Shown piece after piece: positions 50,433-63,529 of a stretch of DNA of 64,000 bases. This DNA comes from Macrostomum lignano (lineage: Eukaryota). Location: positions 468,863-532,862 of the forward strand of contig NIVC01000083.1 of NCBI GenBank assembly GCA_002269645.1, written 5' to 3'. The translations under genes were made by a program, and so were the position numbers. The number at the start of each line of letters is the position of its first letter. Position 1 is the stretch's first letter. The notes under the pieces were generated by a model. That model had not been told where the DNA came from. It did not search any database and saw only the letters and a list, made by a program, of their open reading frames with translations.

Positions 50433-53400
50433 CGCAGACAGACACGCAGACAGACACGCAGACAGACACGCAGACAGACAGACAGACAGACAAGGTAGAC
50501 AGATAGACAGAAAGACAGACAAGGCAGACAGACAGACAGACAGAGAGACAGACAAAAAACAGACAGACAAGGCAGACAGACAGACAGACAGAGAGACAGA
50601 CAGGCAGGCAGGCAGACACGCAGACAGACAGACAGACAGACAGGCAGGCAGGCAGACACGCAGACAGACACGCAGACAGACACAGCAACAAGCACCTGGC
50701 TAAGATCGCAGCCTCTTTCATCGGACAGGGCCTTCTCCACAAAGCCCAGCACTCCGTAGGCCACTACCGGATAGCGAAGCGCTTTGATCAGGTCGCGCAC
50801 GCTCTGCATAACGTGCTTATTACTCCGGCAGATATCAGAGGCCCGTTTAATAGCGGCCTCGGTGAGGCTGAGCTCCCCGCTGTGTCCAGTGTCCAAGGAT
50901 GATGAAGAATCTCTAGCCGCAGCGGCTACGGCTAGCAAATAGACGTAGGTATGCAAATACTCGGCGTTGATCTCTTGAGACTCTGGCAGGAACAGGGCGT
51001 CGGTTAATAATTGAACGAATAGCGGCAGACGGAGAAGAGCGGCTGGCGGCGGGTCCTGCTGCTTGTAGAGCTGGTACAGGGTGAGCATGTCTGCCGGGTT
51101 CAGCTGCCGCTTGGCCAGCATGCTCTGCATGGCCGAGGTGGCCCTGCGGGTTGTTAGGGGGCATTGCGGCAGGTGGCTAGAGCTGGATAGAGCCATTCTC
51201 ATAGAGGGAGAGAGCTGGATAGAGGCCCCTTTTTAAGGTAGAAAGAGGACCACTGCAAAGGCGTAAAGAGGACCACTCCCAAGGTGGATTGGGATAGAGG
51301 ACACTCCAGAGGTGGATAGAGGACCACTCCCAAGGTGGATAGAGGACCACTCAAGAGGTGGATAGGGGACCAATCAAGAGGTGGAATGGGGGACCACTTC
51401 CAAGGTGGATAGGGGACCACTCAAGAGGTGGATAGGGGACCACTCCAGAGGTGGATAGGGGACCACTCCAGAGGTGGAAAGAGGACTACTCCAGAGGTGG
51501 ATAGGGGACCACTCCAGAGGTGGATAGAGGACTACTCCACAGGTGGATAGAGGACCACTCAAGAGGTGGATAGAGGACTACTCCAGAGGTGGATAGAGGA
51601 CCACTCCACAGGTGGATAGAGGACCACTCCACAGGTGGATAGAGGACCACTCCAGAGGTGGATAGAGGACTACTCCACAGGTGGATAGAGGACCACTCAA
51701 GAGGTGGATAGAGGACTACTCCAGAGGTGGATAGAGGACCACTCCACAGGTGGATAGAGGACCACTCCACAGGTGGATAGAGGACCACTCCAGAGGTGGA
51801 TAGAGGACTACTCCAGAGGTGGATAGAGGACCACTCCACAGGTGGATAGAGGACCACTCCACAGGTGGATAGAGGACCATCATCAAGGCAGATATAGGAC
51901 CACTCTCAAAGGGGATAGAGGAGACCACTCCCGAGGCGGGTAGAGGACCACTGCAAAGCGGACAGAGGACCACTGCAAAGCGGACAGAGGATCATTCAAA
52001 GGCGGATAGAGGACCACTCAAAAGCCATTGAATGCTCCACCCCACAACTACCTGGGATAGTGATGAGCGCCGCACAGCTGCACAGAGTAGCGGCTGACAT
52101 CGCGACCCCTGGCCAAGGCGGCCTTCTCCAGCTCTTGCCCCAGCCGCCGGACCGTGTGACCCCGGCCGTTCACTGGAGTCTGCGCCAGATTGTACAGCAG
52201 CACCTGGCTGAACAGGTAAGTAGCTTCGCCGTAACAGGCCATGTCTAACAATTGCTCCAGATCTTTCTCCATACTGCGATCGAATTCCTCTGCTAATAGT
52301 TTAGACAGGCTGGTGCTGAGATAGCGACAGAATACGGGCAGCTTAGCGCAGGCCGCTGGCACGTGCTTCATCTCTTCTTCGAATCCGCGCTCGGATATCT
52401 CCTGAAGAGTTGAAGGTTGAAGGCATTTTGGGGCGATTCTTAGCGAATTTTTAGGGCGATTCTTGGTGATCATTGGGGCGATTCTTGGTGATCATTGGGG
52501 CGATTCTTGGCCATTTTTAGGGTGATTCTTGGTGATTTTTTGGGGCGATTCTTGGTGATTTATCGGGCGATTCTCAAAGTGATTTTAGGGCGATTCTTAA
52601 GTGATTTTTAAGGCGATTTTTAAGTGATTTTTGAGGCGATTCTTGGGGAATTCTTGGCGATTTTTGGTTCTTTTTGAGGCGATTCTTAAGTGATTCTTGG
52701 GGCGATTATTGGTGATTTTTGTGGCGATTCTTGGCGATTTTTAAGCAATTTCTGGGGCAATTCTAGGTGATTTTTGAGGCGATTCTTGGCGAATTTTTAG
52801 GGCGATTCTTGGTGATCATTGAGGCGATTCTTGGCCATTTTTGGGGCCATTCTTGGTGATTTGTCGGGCGATTCTCAAAGTGATTTTAGGGCGATTCTTA
52901 AGTGATTGTTAAGGCGATTTTTAAGTGATTTTTGAGGCGATTCTTGAGGATTTTTGGGGCGATTCTTGGTGATTTATCGGGCGATTCTCAAAGTGATTTT
53001 AGGGCGATTCTTAAGTGATTTTTAAGGCGATTTTTAAGTGATTTTTGAGGCGATTCTTGGGGAATTCTTGGCGATTTTTGGTTCTTTTTGAGGCGATTCT
53101 TAAGTGATTCTTGGGGCGATTATTGGTGATTTTTGTGGCGATTCTTGGCGATTTTGAAGCAATTTCTGGGGCAATTCTAGGTGATTTTTGAGGCGATTCT
53201 TGGCGAATTTTTAGGGCGATTCTTGGTGATCATTGAGGCGATTCTTGGCCATTTTTGGGGCCATTCTTGGCTATTTTTAGGGCGATTCTTGGTGATTTAT
53301 CGGGCGATTCTTAAAGTGATTTTAGGGCGATTCTTAAGTGATTTTTGAGGCGATTCTTGGGGATTCTTGGTTCTTTTTAAGGCGATTCTTAAGTGATTCT

Positions 53401-54970
53401 TGGGGCGATTCTTGGTGATTTTTGTGGCGATTCTTAAGCGATTTCTGAGGCGATTCTTGGGGATTTTCGGGGAGATTCTTGGTGATTTTTTGGGCGATTT
53501 TTGATGATTTTTTGGGGAGATTCTTGATAATTCTTGGTTCGATGCTCACTGTGATCTTAAGGCGATTTAAAGAAGATTCTTGGAAAGATTTTGGAGACTT
53601 CGAAGAAAATGAAGACGATAGTTTGGTAAAAACTTCGGACGAATCTTAAGATAACAATATGACGATAATTTGTATAGTGATTTTTTGATTGATTCTAAAC
53701 CAATTCAAGTCTATTCTAGCGGATTTCGCATAGTGCAATTTCTCACCTTAATAGCCCAATTAAGAAAGGCGCAGGTTGAATGCCGCTGCGCCAGCTGATA
53801 AATTAAATCGCGCCACTGCCTAAACTGCACCAGCTCAGTTAGCCAGTTAAGAAAGGCCACGGGATCCTCGCAATGATGGATTCATCCACTGCGACTGGGT
53901 CGAATGCGGCGGTCACCCGGTCGGCCAGGCTGCTCTCAATTGACGATTTGGCGTCTTCGGCAGATTCGTCTGCGAAATTCACCAACCAATTGGCCAGGAT
54001 GTTGCAGTGCTGCGCTGCGCCTTCGTAGCCGCCGACTAAATGCTCGGTGAGGGCCTCGGCGTCGCCGACCTCCAGCATGAAGGCGGCCATCTCGGCTAGG
54101 ACCAGCTTGGAGTCCTCCATGATGAAGTCCGGCTGGGCCAGAGCTGCGCTCGCTGTTGTTGCTGATGCCGAGGAGCGCCGGGGTCCGGCACTGCCCTCTG
54201 CCTCAGAGATGTCGCGACTCTGCCGAAACGTAGAAGTTTTAGTATATATGGACTAACACAAGAGACCCCCCACTGGGGGCTATTTCGGAAACATTAGTTT
54301 TAGTATATGTGGACTAGCACAAGAGACCCCCCACTGGGGGCTATTTTGGAAACATTAGTTTTAGTATATGTGGACTAGCACAAGAGACCCCCCCACTGAG
54401 GGCTATTTCGGAAACATTAGTTTTAGTATATGTGGACTAGCACAAGAGACCCCCCACTGGGGGCTATTTTGGAAACATTAGTTTTAGTATATGTGGACTA
54501 GCACAAGAGACCCCCCCCACTGGGGGCTATTGTGGAAACGCTACAGTTAGTATATGTGGACTAGCACACGAGACCCCCCCCACTGGGGGCTATTTTGGAA
54601 ATGGAAATGCTACAGTTATGTATACGTGGACTAGCACACGAAACCCCCCCCACTGGGGGCTATTGTAGAAACGTTACAGTTTTAGTATATGTGGACTAGC
54701 ACACAAGCCCCCCCACTGGGGGCTATTGTGGAAACGTTACAGTTTTAGTATATGTAGATAGACAGGGGTTCTGAGCGAAGCACCTGAGCAATTCCGTTTA
54801 AGCTAATGTTTCCATTCCCATTCGAAAAAAAATGCTAGCTAAAATGAAAAAAAAGAAAAATCAATAAATCAACGCATGCTCACCGTATCTTGAGCAGGCA
54901 AATCATCCGGTCCAAGAAGTCGTGGCGGCCGCTGCTCAAAGTCTTCAGAATCGTCAGCTTCTAAATCCAT
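49609..54970 (-). CDS. NELFCD: Negative elongation factor C/D (TH1L); about 634 aa after correcting one frameshift
   Basis: Exons 54970-54884, 54219-53747, 52401-52052, 51143-50696, 50154-49609. Motifs [72 protein letters not shown] match NELF-C/D. One-base deletion at about 53871. Confidence 0.95.
50193..50685. repeat. Degenerate (GACA)n in a NELFCD intron
   Basis: GACA with GGCA and CGCA interruptions. Confidence 0.97.
51265..52020. repeat. 23-bp minisatellite in a NELFCD intron
   Basis: Unit ggtggatagaggaccactcca(c/g)a. Confidence 0.95.
52430..53570. repeat. About 21-bp degenerate repeat with longer block duplications, in a NELFCD intron
   Basis: Recurrent ggcgattcttggtgatttt units. Confidence 0.9.
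54241..54760. repeat. About 61-bp minisatellite with an internal CCCCC-CACT-GGGGG hairpin, NELFCD intron 1
   Basis: Unit tagtatatgtggactagcacaagagaccccccactgggggctattttggaaacattagttt. Confidence 0.93.
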
Positions 54971-55789
54971 TGTTTGATTTAGTTTCAAGAGCTTTCTATG
55001 CCTGCAACAATGCGTAATAGACTACAATTATGATGATTTAGAACAATATATATATACATAGCAAGGCGAATTCTATTTATCCTTACTATCCTACTGTCTA
55101 CCATTAGCAGCTAAGAAAGTATGTTAGTAGTAGCTATTTTCTGCCAAGATTGACTAAAATTTTTAAGGCGTCACGCGACTCAAGTGAGCGAATGGAAGTA
55201 GTAATCAAATTAATATACAATACTACTTAACTGAAAGTAGCTAAGCTAGCTTATGCGGTGAATAAAAACAAATTCATTTTTAGGTAAGAGTAGACGAAAA
55301 TTTATATCAAAGACATTTAAACATCGGCTTTATAATAAAATAGTATAATATGATTTAAACTTGGAATGGTTTTAAGCAGAATATACCAATTTATAAATTA
55401 AAAACTTTTTTCAGCTACTACTGTACTTACTGACATTTTTCTCAATTGACAACACGAATTCAATAGATCGCACAGCAATAATACATGCATAAATTGAATA
55501 AATTTGTAGAAAATTAAAAAACTGTGCAATTCGGACGGATCGAGTGGATTAAGCAAGAGATTGGTGTAGTTTTTATGGTCCATAGATAACAGATATTGTA
55601 AACTTCTTGGAGACAAAAACAGCTATCTGATTAAAATGGACGCCAATTAGAAAAACGCAAGCCTGTTGCGTGAAACAACGCATTGGTGAAGGAAAAAAGA
55701 TAGAAGAGTGGAAATGAGGTGTCATAAGAGTATATGAGGTGTCAGAAAAGGCTGTTTGGAAAGCGTCAGTACGGGGCTAAAAGCGTCAG

Positions 55790-55945
55790 TGAGCAAATGA
55801 GGGATGCCAGAAAAGGCTGAGGGTGTCAGCAAGGAGCTAAGGGTGTCAGCAAGGAGCTGAGGGTGTCAGCAAGGAGCTGAGGGTGTCAGCAAGGAGCTGA
55901 GGGTGTCAGTAAGGAGCTGAGGGTGTCAGTAAGGAGCTACGAGTG
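55790..55945. repeat. 20-bp minisatellite
   Basis: Unit gagggtgtcagcaaggagct. Confidence 0.9.
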
Positions 55946-56174
55946 TCGGGAAGGAGGTAAAGAGGGGGTGACCATGTACATTTGTTGAAAAACAAAAGCG
56001 CGTATCAACAACAATAAAATTGTTACAGACAGGGATTGAACTACAGATGTTGAAAATATAATTTACACGTTTACTAGTACAGCAAATTTCAATTAATTTT
56101 TTTGTTTTAGGTGGAAAATAAATAACCTCCACGTCATGAGTAGTAAGTAGTATGTAAAGCAGTTTTGTTGATTT

Positions 56175-58571
56175 TCAACTACTAAATCGAACAGTTTTGC
56201 CCCTAGACGGCGATCCCACAATGGTGGTGGTTTGCATCGCTTCGAACTGGCCGGGGCGCAGCGTGGCGCCAAATTCGCTAATACTTCGCGCGTCCTCGTT
56301 GGCGCCATTCGGTCGGCGCCTTGCCTCGGCGCTTTCGCCGTCAATTTCGCTATCGCCCTCGCCATAGTGCTCGTCTAGCTCATTGGCATCGCAAATCTGA
56401 GTACGAAGAGCGTCGTGAAAATCGTCTAGCGGAGTGACCGATCGGCTTCCGTCATTGTCGGGCTCCCTTGGTTCCCTTGGCAACGGGGTAGGAGTTTGAG
56501 CAGCGTCTATCTGACTGACCTCAGTGAGGGTTGGCGGGTCGTCATCGTCAGCACCAGCCGCTGATGGCGAGGAATGAATGGTGTCCATCGGTGGTGGATG
56601 CTGTCGGAGTTGTCGGGGCTGCAGCGGCTGCGGTGGCGGGGGCGGCTGCGGAGGCGGCGCTTGCTGCTGCAAGCATACAGCAGTTCGGTAGCTGCCCGCC
56701 CCAGAGCGCGGTAGTGCATTATTATTATAACTATCTTCATCATCATCTTCATCGTCATCTCTGATGTCCAGATATTCGGCAATTAGCTGGCAGACCTGAT
56801 CCATTTCGCGGGCTTTGAGTCGGCTTCGGTTTAATTCGACGTGTTTCTGCATTATGATGCGAATCATGCTGCGGAGAAGATATTGAGGTGGGGGATCTAT
56901 AGATATGGGAATATTGAAGCACGAGAAAATCCTCAATCGCGCAAGAATTCCAGTCGCGAGTCTTACCGATTAGATGAAACGCCCGAAGAAGTGATGTCCT
57001 TGATGATCGCCTCGGCAAACGGGTAATAGGCTTCGTCAATTTTGCTAAAAATATGACGGGATAAATTATTTAGCTTATACATTTTGAAATTAAAGCGTTA
57101 CTCTGGTGAGTGGGGGTCACCCAATCGGGTAGCGGAGTTACCCAATGGGGTACTCCAGTGAGCAGGGATCACCCAATGGGGTACTCCAGTGAGCAGGGGT
57201 CACCCAATGGGGTACTCCAGTGAGCAGGGATCACCCAATGGGGTACTCCAGTGAGCAGGGGTCACCCAATGGGGTACTCCAGTGAGCAGGGGTCACCAAA
57301 TGGGGTACTCCAGTGAGCAGGGGTCACCCAATGGGGTACTCCAGTGAGCAGGGGTCACCCAATGGGGTACTCCAGTGAGCAGGGGTCACCCAATGGGGTG
57401 GTGGGGCGTGGGGGTCACCCAATGGAGTACTCCAGTGAGCAGATGTCACCCAATGGAGTACTCCAGTGAGCAGATGTCACCCAATGGAGTACTCCAGTGA
57501 GCAGATGTCACCCAATGGAGTACTCCAGTGAGCAGGGGTCACCCAATGGGGTACTCCAGTGAGCAGGGGTCACCCAATGGGGTACTCCAGTGAGCAGGGG
57601 TCACCCAATGGAGTACTCCAGTGAGCAGGGGTCACTCAATGGAGTACTCCAGTGAGCAGGGGTCATCCAATGGGGTGGTGGGGCGTGGGGGTCACCCAAT
57701 GGAGTACTCCAGTGAGCAGATGTCACCCAATGGAGTACTCCAGTGAGCAGATGTCACCCAATGGAGTACTCCAGTGAGCAGGGGTCACCCAATTGGGTAC
57801 TCCAGTGAGCAGGGGTCACTCAATGGGGTACTCCAGTGAGCAGGGAGCCACCCAAATCAAAGCACCACCTTACTTGAACAGATTATTATAGGCGCTAGAG
57901 GAGGCTTCTCTATCTTCAGCTCCGCCGCGCCCATCCAGCACCCAGTTAGCTGTCCGCTTCTGCTGCTGACTCTGCTGCTGCACAGACTGCGCTTGATAAG
58001 CCAGCTCCAGCCGTTGCTGCTGCTCCTGAGCCTCCCGATGGGCCAGTCCGCCGTCGAACACGTCATAGGTTCCGTCGAATCTTCTAGGCTGACGACGCTG
58101 CTGACTGCCGGCTGATGCGGCACGTCGCTGCTTAGCCGGCGGCCGGACGTACACCCCGCTAGCTACTAGACGACTCTGAACTACCGGGCCTTTGGCTTTG
58201 TTAACCCTGGGCGTGAACGGTTTAGCCTCGGTGAATTTATTGCGATGACTGACTAGCAGGTCACCCTGTGAAGTTTCCTCTTCTGGTTGGGGAGCGTTGA
58301 AAGCTGCCGAACTCGACAGCAGCCTGGTAGTTGCCAGCCGGTTGTTGGACTGACGAGCCGACACTGGCTGAGAAGGCGGCGGATCTTTAGCCAGTCGGCC
58401 GTCCCGTTGCAGTCTGTGCCGGAAAGTCTTCGGCAGGCCATTGTCTATGGTAGGCTTGGCCGAACAGACGCGCTTAACGTAGTCAGATTTGGATTGGCTA
58501 ATCATGAACTGCTTGTGAGCTGACTTGCCACTAACCATGCCTGTTAGACCTGTTCCACCGCGGGATGCCAT
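56175..58571 (-). CDS. SPATA7: SPATA7 homolog (ciliary protein); about 489 aa
   Basis: Exons 58571-57874, 57044-56967, 56868-56175 (phases 2,2). Blocks DYVKRVCSAKPTIDNGLP, GDLLVSHRNKFTEAKPFTPRV...YVRPPAK and YYPFAEAIIKDITSSGVSSNRMIRIIMQKHV resemble SPATA7 blocks HYNKILSAKAAVD, DLLDKHSELF...PFTPRTL...YYTPAK and LYLSFIEDVTDEILKLGLFSNRFLERLFERH (recalled, not searched). Confidence 0.8.
57100..57850. repeat. 31-bp minisatellite in SPATA7 intron 1
   Basis: Unit ggggtcacccaatggggtactccagtgagca. Confidence 0.96.
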
Positions 58572-58738
58572 TTGTTTATTGGCTGCAAGCTGTAAATATG
58601 GCTGCTGTTGGAGAGGAAATAGTTTAAACTTTAACTCATTAACAGGTATGTATCTTAACTTTAGCCCCCAAAACACCCAAAGCATACAACGTGCATATGG
58701 CATTGAAAATCTTAAATCTCCATAGGTGTGTAAGTTAA

Positions 58739-59020
58739 GGGAGTTGTAGCCTAGTTGTCAGAGTGCCAGACTCATGACTTGAAGGTTGGGGGTTCGATTC
58801 CCGATCCCACTTAAACCAATATGTGTTCTTGAGCAAGACACTTAACTCTGCATTGCTTCAGTTCACACAGCTGTAAAATGGGTGCCAGCATTAGCTGGGG
58901 TAATTGAGATTAAGGGTGTGTTTAACAACCCCCCTCTCAGTCCTCAGACTGAACAGCCTTCAGATGCACCGCACAATAGCTGCAGCTGAGCTGTCAGTTG
59001 CACATCAATTAGAGCAGGTG
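58739..59020 (+). mobile_element. Second copy of CORE-like SINE family B
   Basis: A box TAGCCTAGTTG, tRNA-Met-like GACTCATGA loop, B box GGTTCGATTCC, near-identical CORE-like block, followed by (ATT)n. Confidence 0.88.
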
Positions 59021-59627
59021 AAATCAATTATTATTATTATCAACTCCCCAAGCCCAGGGACTTAGGAGTTGCCTTATACAAAAGCTTTAAAACTGGCAAT
59101 TTTGATTCATGTTTATTGCTCTGCCCAACTCCACCCATGAAATCAAAAGCTTCAATGGTATTAATTTTATTGTCTTTTTTATTATTAGTTTCTGAATGGT
59201 CAATGTTACCAAATATGGGAACTCTGCATTCCTAAATCTATTTCTATTAATTATATATCCATATGTTGTTCTGTTAAAAAAACCATCCATATCTATAACT
59301 TCAACAATGGAACTCAAGCTGCTATAATACAAGTTTTTTCCTATATGGGTTCATTCTAATTTTCAATGCTAATGAGCTTCTTTAAAGTATTTCAAAGTAC
59401 ATAGTAAATATAACATAAAAGTTGGAATTCTGGATATAGAGGTTTTTAGGCAAAGCATATAGATACAGATATAGTAATGGGAATACATACTTTCTATATC
59501 TAGTAACATTGGCCATTCAATAGCTGAGATTTTTTAAAATAGAAGATCCTTGAAGCCCTTGACTTCATTGGTAAAACAATAAAAAATAAAGAAAATTTGA
59601 AATTTTTAAAGCTTTTAAAAGAGGAAC

Positions 59628-59924
59628 CATACATGCGCAACAGTCGGCCGAATCGGCCGATCAGGCCGACCGATTTGGCAACCAACCAAGGAAGTCGCAA
59701 AAATGCCCACCCCAAAAACACCCAAGTAGTAAAACTAAGTAGCTGACGAGGCATTTTGGCTTAATAAGAGAGTCATAGTTACTCCTGCCGTTTACCCAAA
59801 GTTGCGTTAATTTTGCTTTATAGTTTTTTTACCTGCAAGTTGCATTTTTGGCCAAAAACTGCGTCGCATTTTCGTTAAAACTAAGTCGCACGGCCGACTG
59901 AATTTTGGAGGTTGCGCATGTATG
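59628..59924. mobile_element. Non-autonomous DNA transposon (hAT-type MITE), 297 bp
   Basis: Perfect 14-bp TIR CATACATGCGCAAC / GTTGCGCATGTATG; 8-bp TSD AGAGGAAC at 59620-59627 and 59925-59932; subterminal CGGCCGA repeats. Confidence 0.9.
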
Positions 59925-62900
59925 AGAGGAACTATAAAGTCCTTGGAGTTGGGACTCAAGCAATAGATTTTCAAAACTTCAATATTTTCAATAATAGTAT
60001 TATATAGGGTGATTAAAGTGATAGGGGCTTAAGTTATAATGTATACAAGCTACTTTTGCTTATAATACAAAGGGCCTGATGGAGCTTTTAAGTACCTGGG
60101 GTCAAGGACTCAAGAAATAGATTTTTCCTAAAGTGGCAATAAACTATTACAAAATTAGTGCTCTTGCTTAATAAAATGCTTAAACTTTATATAAAAAATA
60201 AAAAACCACTTAAATAATTATTTAATTATTGTATAGTATTATATATCATTTTATAATACAAATTTGGTTTGATTAAACAAATAAGAGATAAAAGCAAATA
60301 TGCCCAACTTTGAAATTTCACCTAGCCATATAACTTACTTTTTGACCAAAAATGTGACTTATTTATGAAATAAACCTTTAAAGAAAATTAATATAATTTT
60401 GGGTAAATGGCAAGGGTAACTATGATATGACTATATTATTAGGGCTAAATGCCTTATAGTCTAATTAATACTATATCTATATTTTTAGGTCAGCAATTTT
60501 GCAACTTACTGGCTAGACCTTTTGCCACCTAGCCAAATTGGATAGGTCAGCCAAGCATTAGGCATGTATGATTTTAAGCAATCATTTGCATCATAGTATA
60601 CTTACTTAACATAAGAATTTGAAGCTTTCCAAAACTGACTAAATTGCTTTCTATTTTGTAATGATATCAAGTCTATTTTTGTTGTAGCCTTATGGGGAAA
60701 TTACTGATTAAATAATGTTCTTACTGATATTTATAATGCTAAAATAGTATACCTGGTGCAAAGATACAATAATGTTTTAGTCAGTATGATAATATAGGAA
60801 AGTATAGCAAAAAGTTACATGATATAAAAAAGCAAAGAAAAGTATAGTACAATATTGCAAAGAGTAGGCCGAATAATAGTATAGCATGGTTTAATAAAAG
60901 TAATATAGTTTTTTCTACTAGTGGCTAGTGCCTTTATAAAACACAAGCATTCTAAAAAAGTTATTTGGTATATAATAACATTGGCTATAATAGGATAGGA
61001 TAAATATAAATATATATAATATATATGCACAACCTCCTGATTTATATTTGTTATATGACTTACTTTTTGACTAACAATGCAACTTGAACTTACCTATAAA
61101 AAACCCTAAAGCAATAATTAATACAATTGTAGGTAAATGGCAAGAATAACTATGATTATCTTATTTGGGCTAAATGCCTGCTTTATCATTTAATAAGTAC
61201 TATATCATATTTCTATATTCTTTTAGGTAGGCATTTTAGCAATTTATCCTTAGTCTACTATAATTTACACTACAATAGCTAGATTGGCCAGGTTGGCCAG
61301 CAGTTACATATGCTTTATATATATTTAGATTTATAAAATCCAATATACTAAAAATATATACTAAACAATTACTAGCTAACCTAGCTAATTTGGGTAGCAT
61401 AAATTGTGGTATACCAAGATTAAATTTTAAATGGAAAACAGAAAATTTTTGTTAATAATCATTACCAAATATCCAACTATTTTTTATTCTTGACAAAGCT
61501 TGTGTAGGCCTATCAAAAGAAAGATTAAGTGCACATATTCATATATTTATACCATAGGGCATAGGTTATACTTTTTAAGTCTAATAATATATTTGATATT
61601 ATATCTATCTATATTATTATTATATAAAATTGGTCTAGCAAAGTCTAACACAGAAAAGGTATCCAGCATAGTTTAGACCATGGTCTCAATAGGAATCTTA
61701 ACCATTTATACATAGTCATATATAGCTTGTATATATATTCATCTGTTAGATATATGTTATCTAATCACAAAATATAATCAAAATCAATATACCATAGAAA
61801 TAATTTAACATGCGAAACTACAGGATAGCCAAAAGTTATTTTAACTGTATTCCCAATTGGCAATTGTTAACCCTATACTATATACCTATGAATCACTATC
61901 CAATTAATAAGATCTTTCAAAAGGTAAATGGATCCAGTAGACTAATAGTAGAGCCTACGCTTAACTAGAAATTTTATACTTAAATTGTTTTAGTCATATA
62001 TTTTCGGCTAAATAAGTAGGCCTAGCTCAAAGATGTTAGGGCCTATCTATCATTTCATTTATATCATTTAGGCCTATTCATTTATCATTTATAAAACCAT
62101 TTATAGCTAGTCAAAGAAAAACTAATAGGCCTAAATATTTTGCTTGAACCCTTTCAGGTCTTTCATACCGGATCATGATTTAGTACAGTACTGTACTATC
62201 GATTCGTATCGTAGTATCTCAATATTATATTATTGCTTTAAGAAATTGCTTGTTGAGAGGCATTTTGAACCAATAGCTGCTCAAAAGTGACCTGTTAAAA
62301 CAACAGACACAGAAAAAAAGGCCCCAAAACTCGATATAAGGCTATATTAGTTGCTATATATTGCTTAAATTGCTTTTAAAAAAGTTTTCTGTGATAAATT
62401 TTATAATTCAAACCCACGAAATTAAAAACTTGGGAAGCATTCATTCTTAATTTGAAAATTGATAATTCAAGGAAACGATCGATATAAAATTCAGTGTCCA
62501 ATGTTTTTTTTCTGTTTTTGTCACATTTCAAAACAAAAAATCTTTGACCTGAAATCCTATCAATAATATTATTTCTTTTTTACTGATAGACTGTTTTAAT
62601 ACATATTTTTAAACCATACATATGCAGAATTAGGAAAAGAAAGTGACAGCTTAGTAGCAGTCTTTATTGTTAAATAGATAGAAAGTTGTCGAAAAAAATA
62701 ATTTGTCCTTATGCTATTCTGAACTAGAAATTCGTTTTTATGCTTATTTTTTTTATATTTCCTAGTTAATATTTTTTTCATTCATTCAAGCAACTGTTCG
62801 CTTGCAAACAATAAAAAATACTACTGCACTGTGTGTCTGTCAAAATTATTTAGTAAATGGCTTTACGATTACCACTTGGTATCTTTGCTTCTGAAAAAAA

Positions 62901-63072
62901 CTATTTTAATGACTAAAATTTTATGAATTCATTCAAACCGCGAAATAAATCCCTATAGAACATTGAGGAAACTTTAAGCTAACAAATAAACTTTGCCATA
63001 TAATTTTGTCTAAATTTATGGAGCTTTATCAGATTCAGCTACTTTATTGAATGCCATAAATGAAACTTTCAG

Positions 63073-63481
63073 CCGTCAAAGTTGCGCAACTGTCTTCCAC
63101 GCTGCTGCCTTGGTGTCGGCGGCGCTGGTCAGAAGCCGTCGACCAGCTCGAATGCCCCCGATGAGGACATTGTTCACTCTCAACAACAGCTGCATAAGCA
63201 TTTCAAGTCCAATTCCCAAATCGGCGGCCTTAATTTAGCCAATCCAGATGATCTGGTGCGACCGGAGTCCGAAGAAGAAGTCGATAGATGCTTCAATGAA
63301 ATCATTGTGAGTTGTGTCGAATATTGAAACCTACAGTTGATTAAAAAAACAGATTAAAACAATAAGAACGAAAATCTTTCCAATCAAGGACGATCTGTTT
63401 GACAGTGCCGAAGCCAAGGAAAAGGCGGCCTCTCTACCGTTGGAGAAAAAATGGCAGCTTTATGTTGTATATCAGGCTAAT
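63073..63481 (+). CDS. DAAM: DAAM-like formin, N-terminal GBD exons (partial; continues beyond the window)
   Basis: Exons 63073-63306 and 63389-63481 (phase 0) encode ...CLPRCCLG...PESEEEVDRCFNEII|DDLF...ASLPLEKKWQLY, matching the Drf_GBD start (P..EELD..F.ELVDEL...LPAEKKWQIY) with a DAAM-like N-terminal CC. The start-codon exon was not found. Confidence 0.75.
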
Positions 63482-63529
63482 GTGAGTAGCTCTTAGTGTG
63501 TGTGCCAGATTGGGAATAAAATCATTGTC

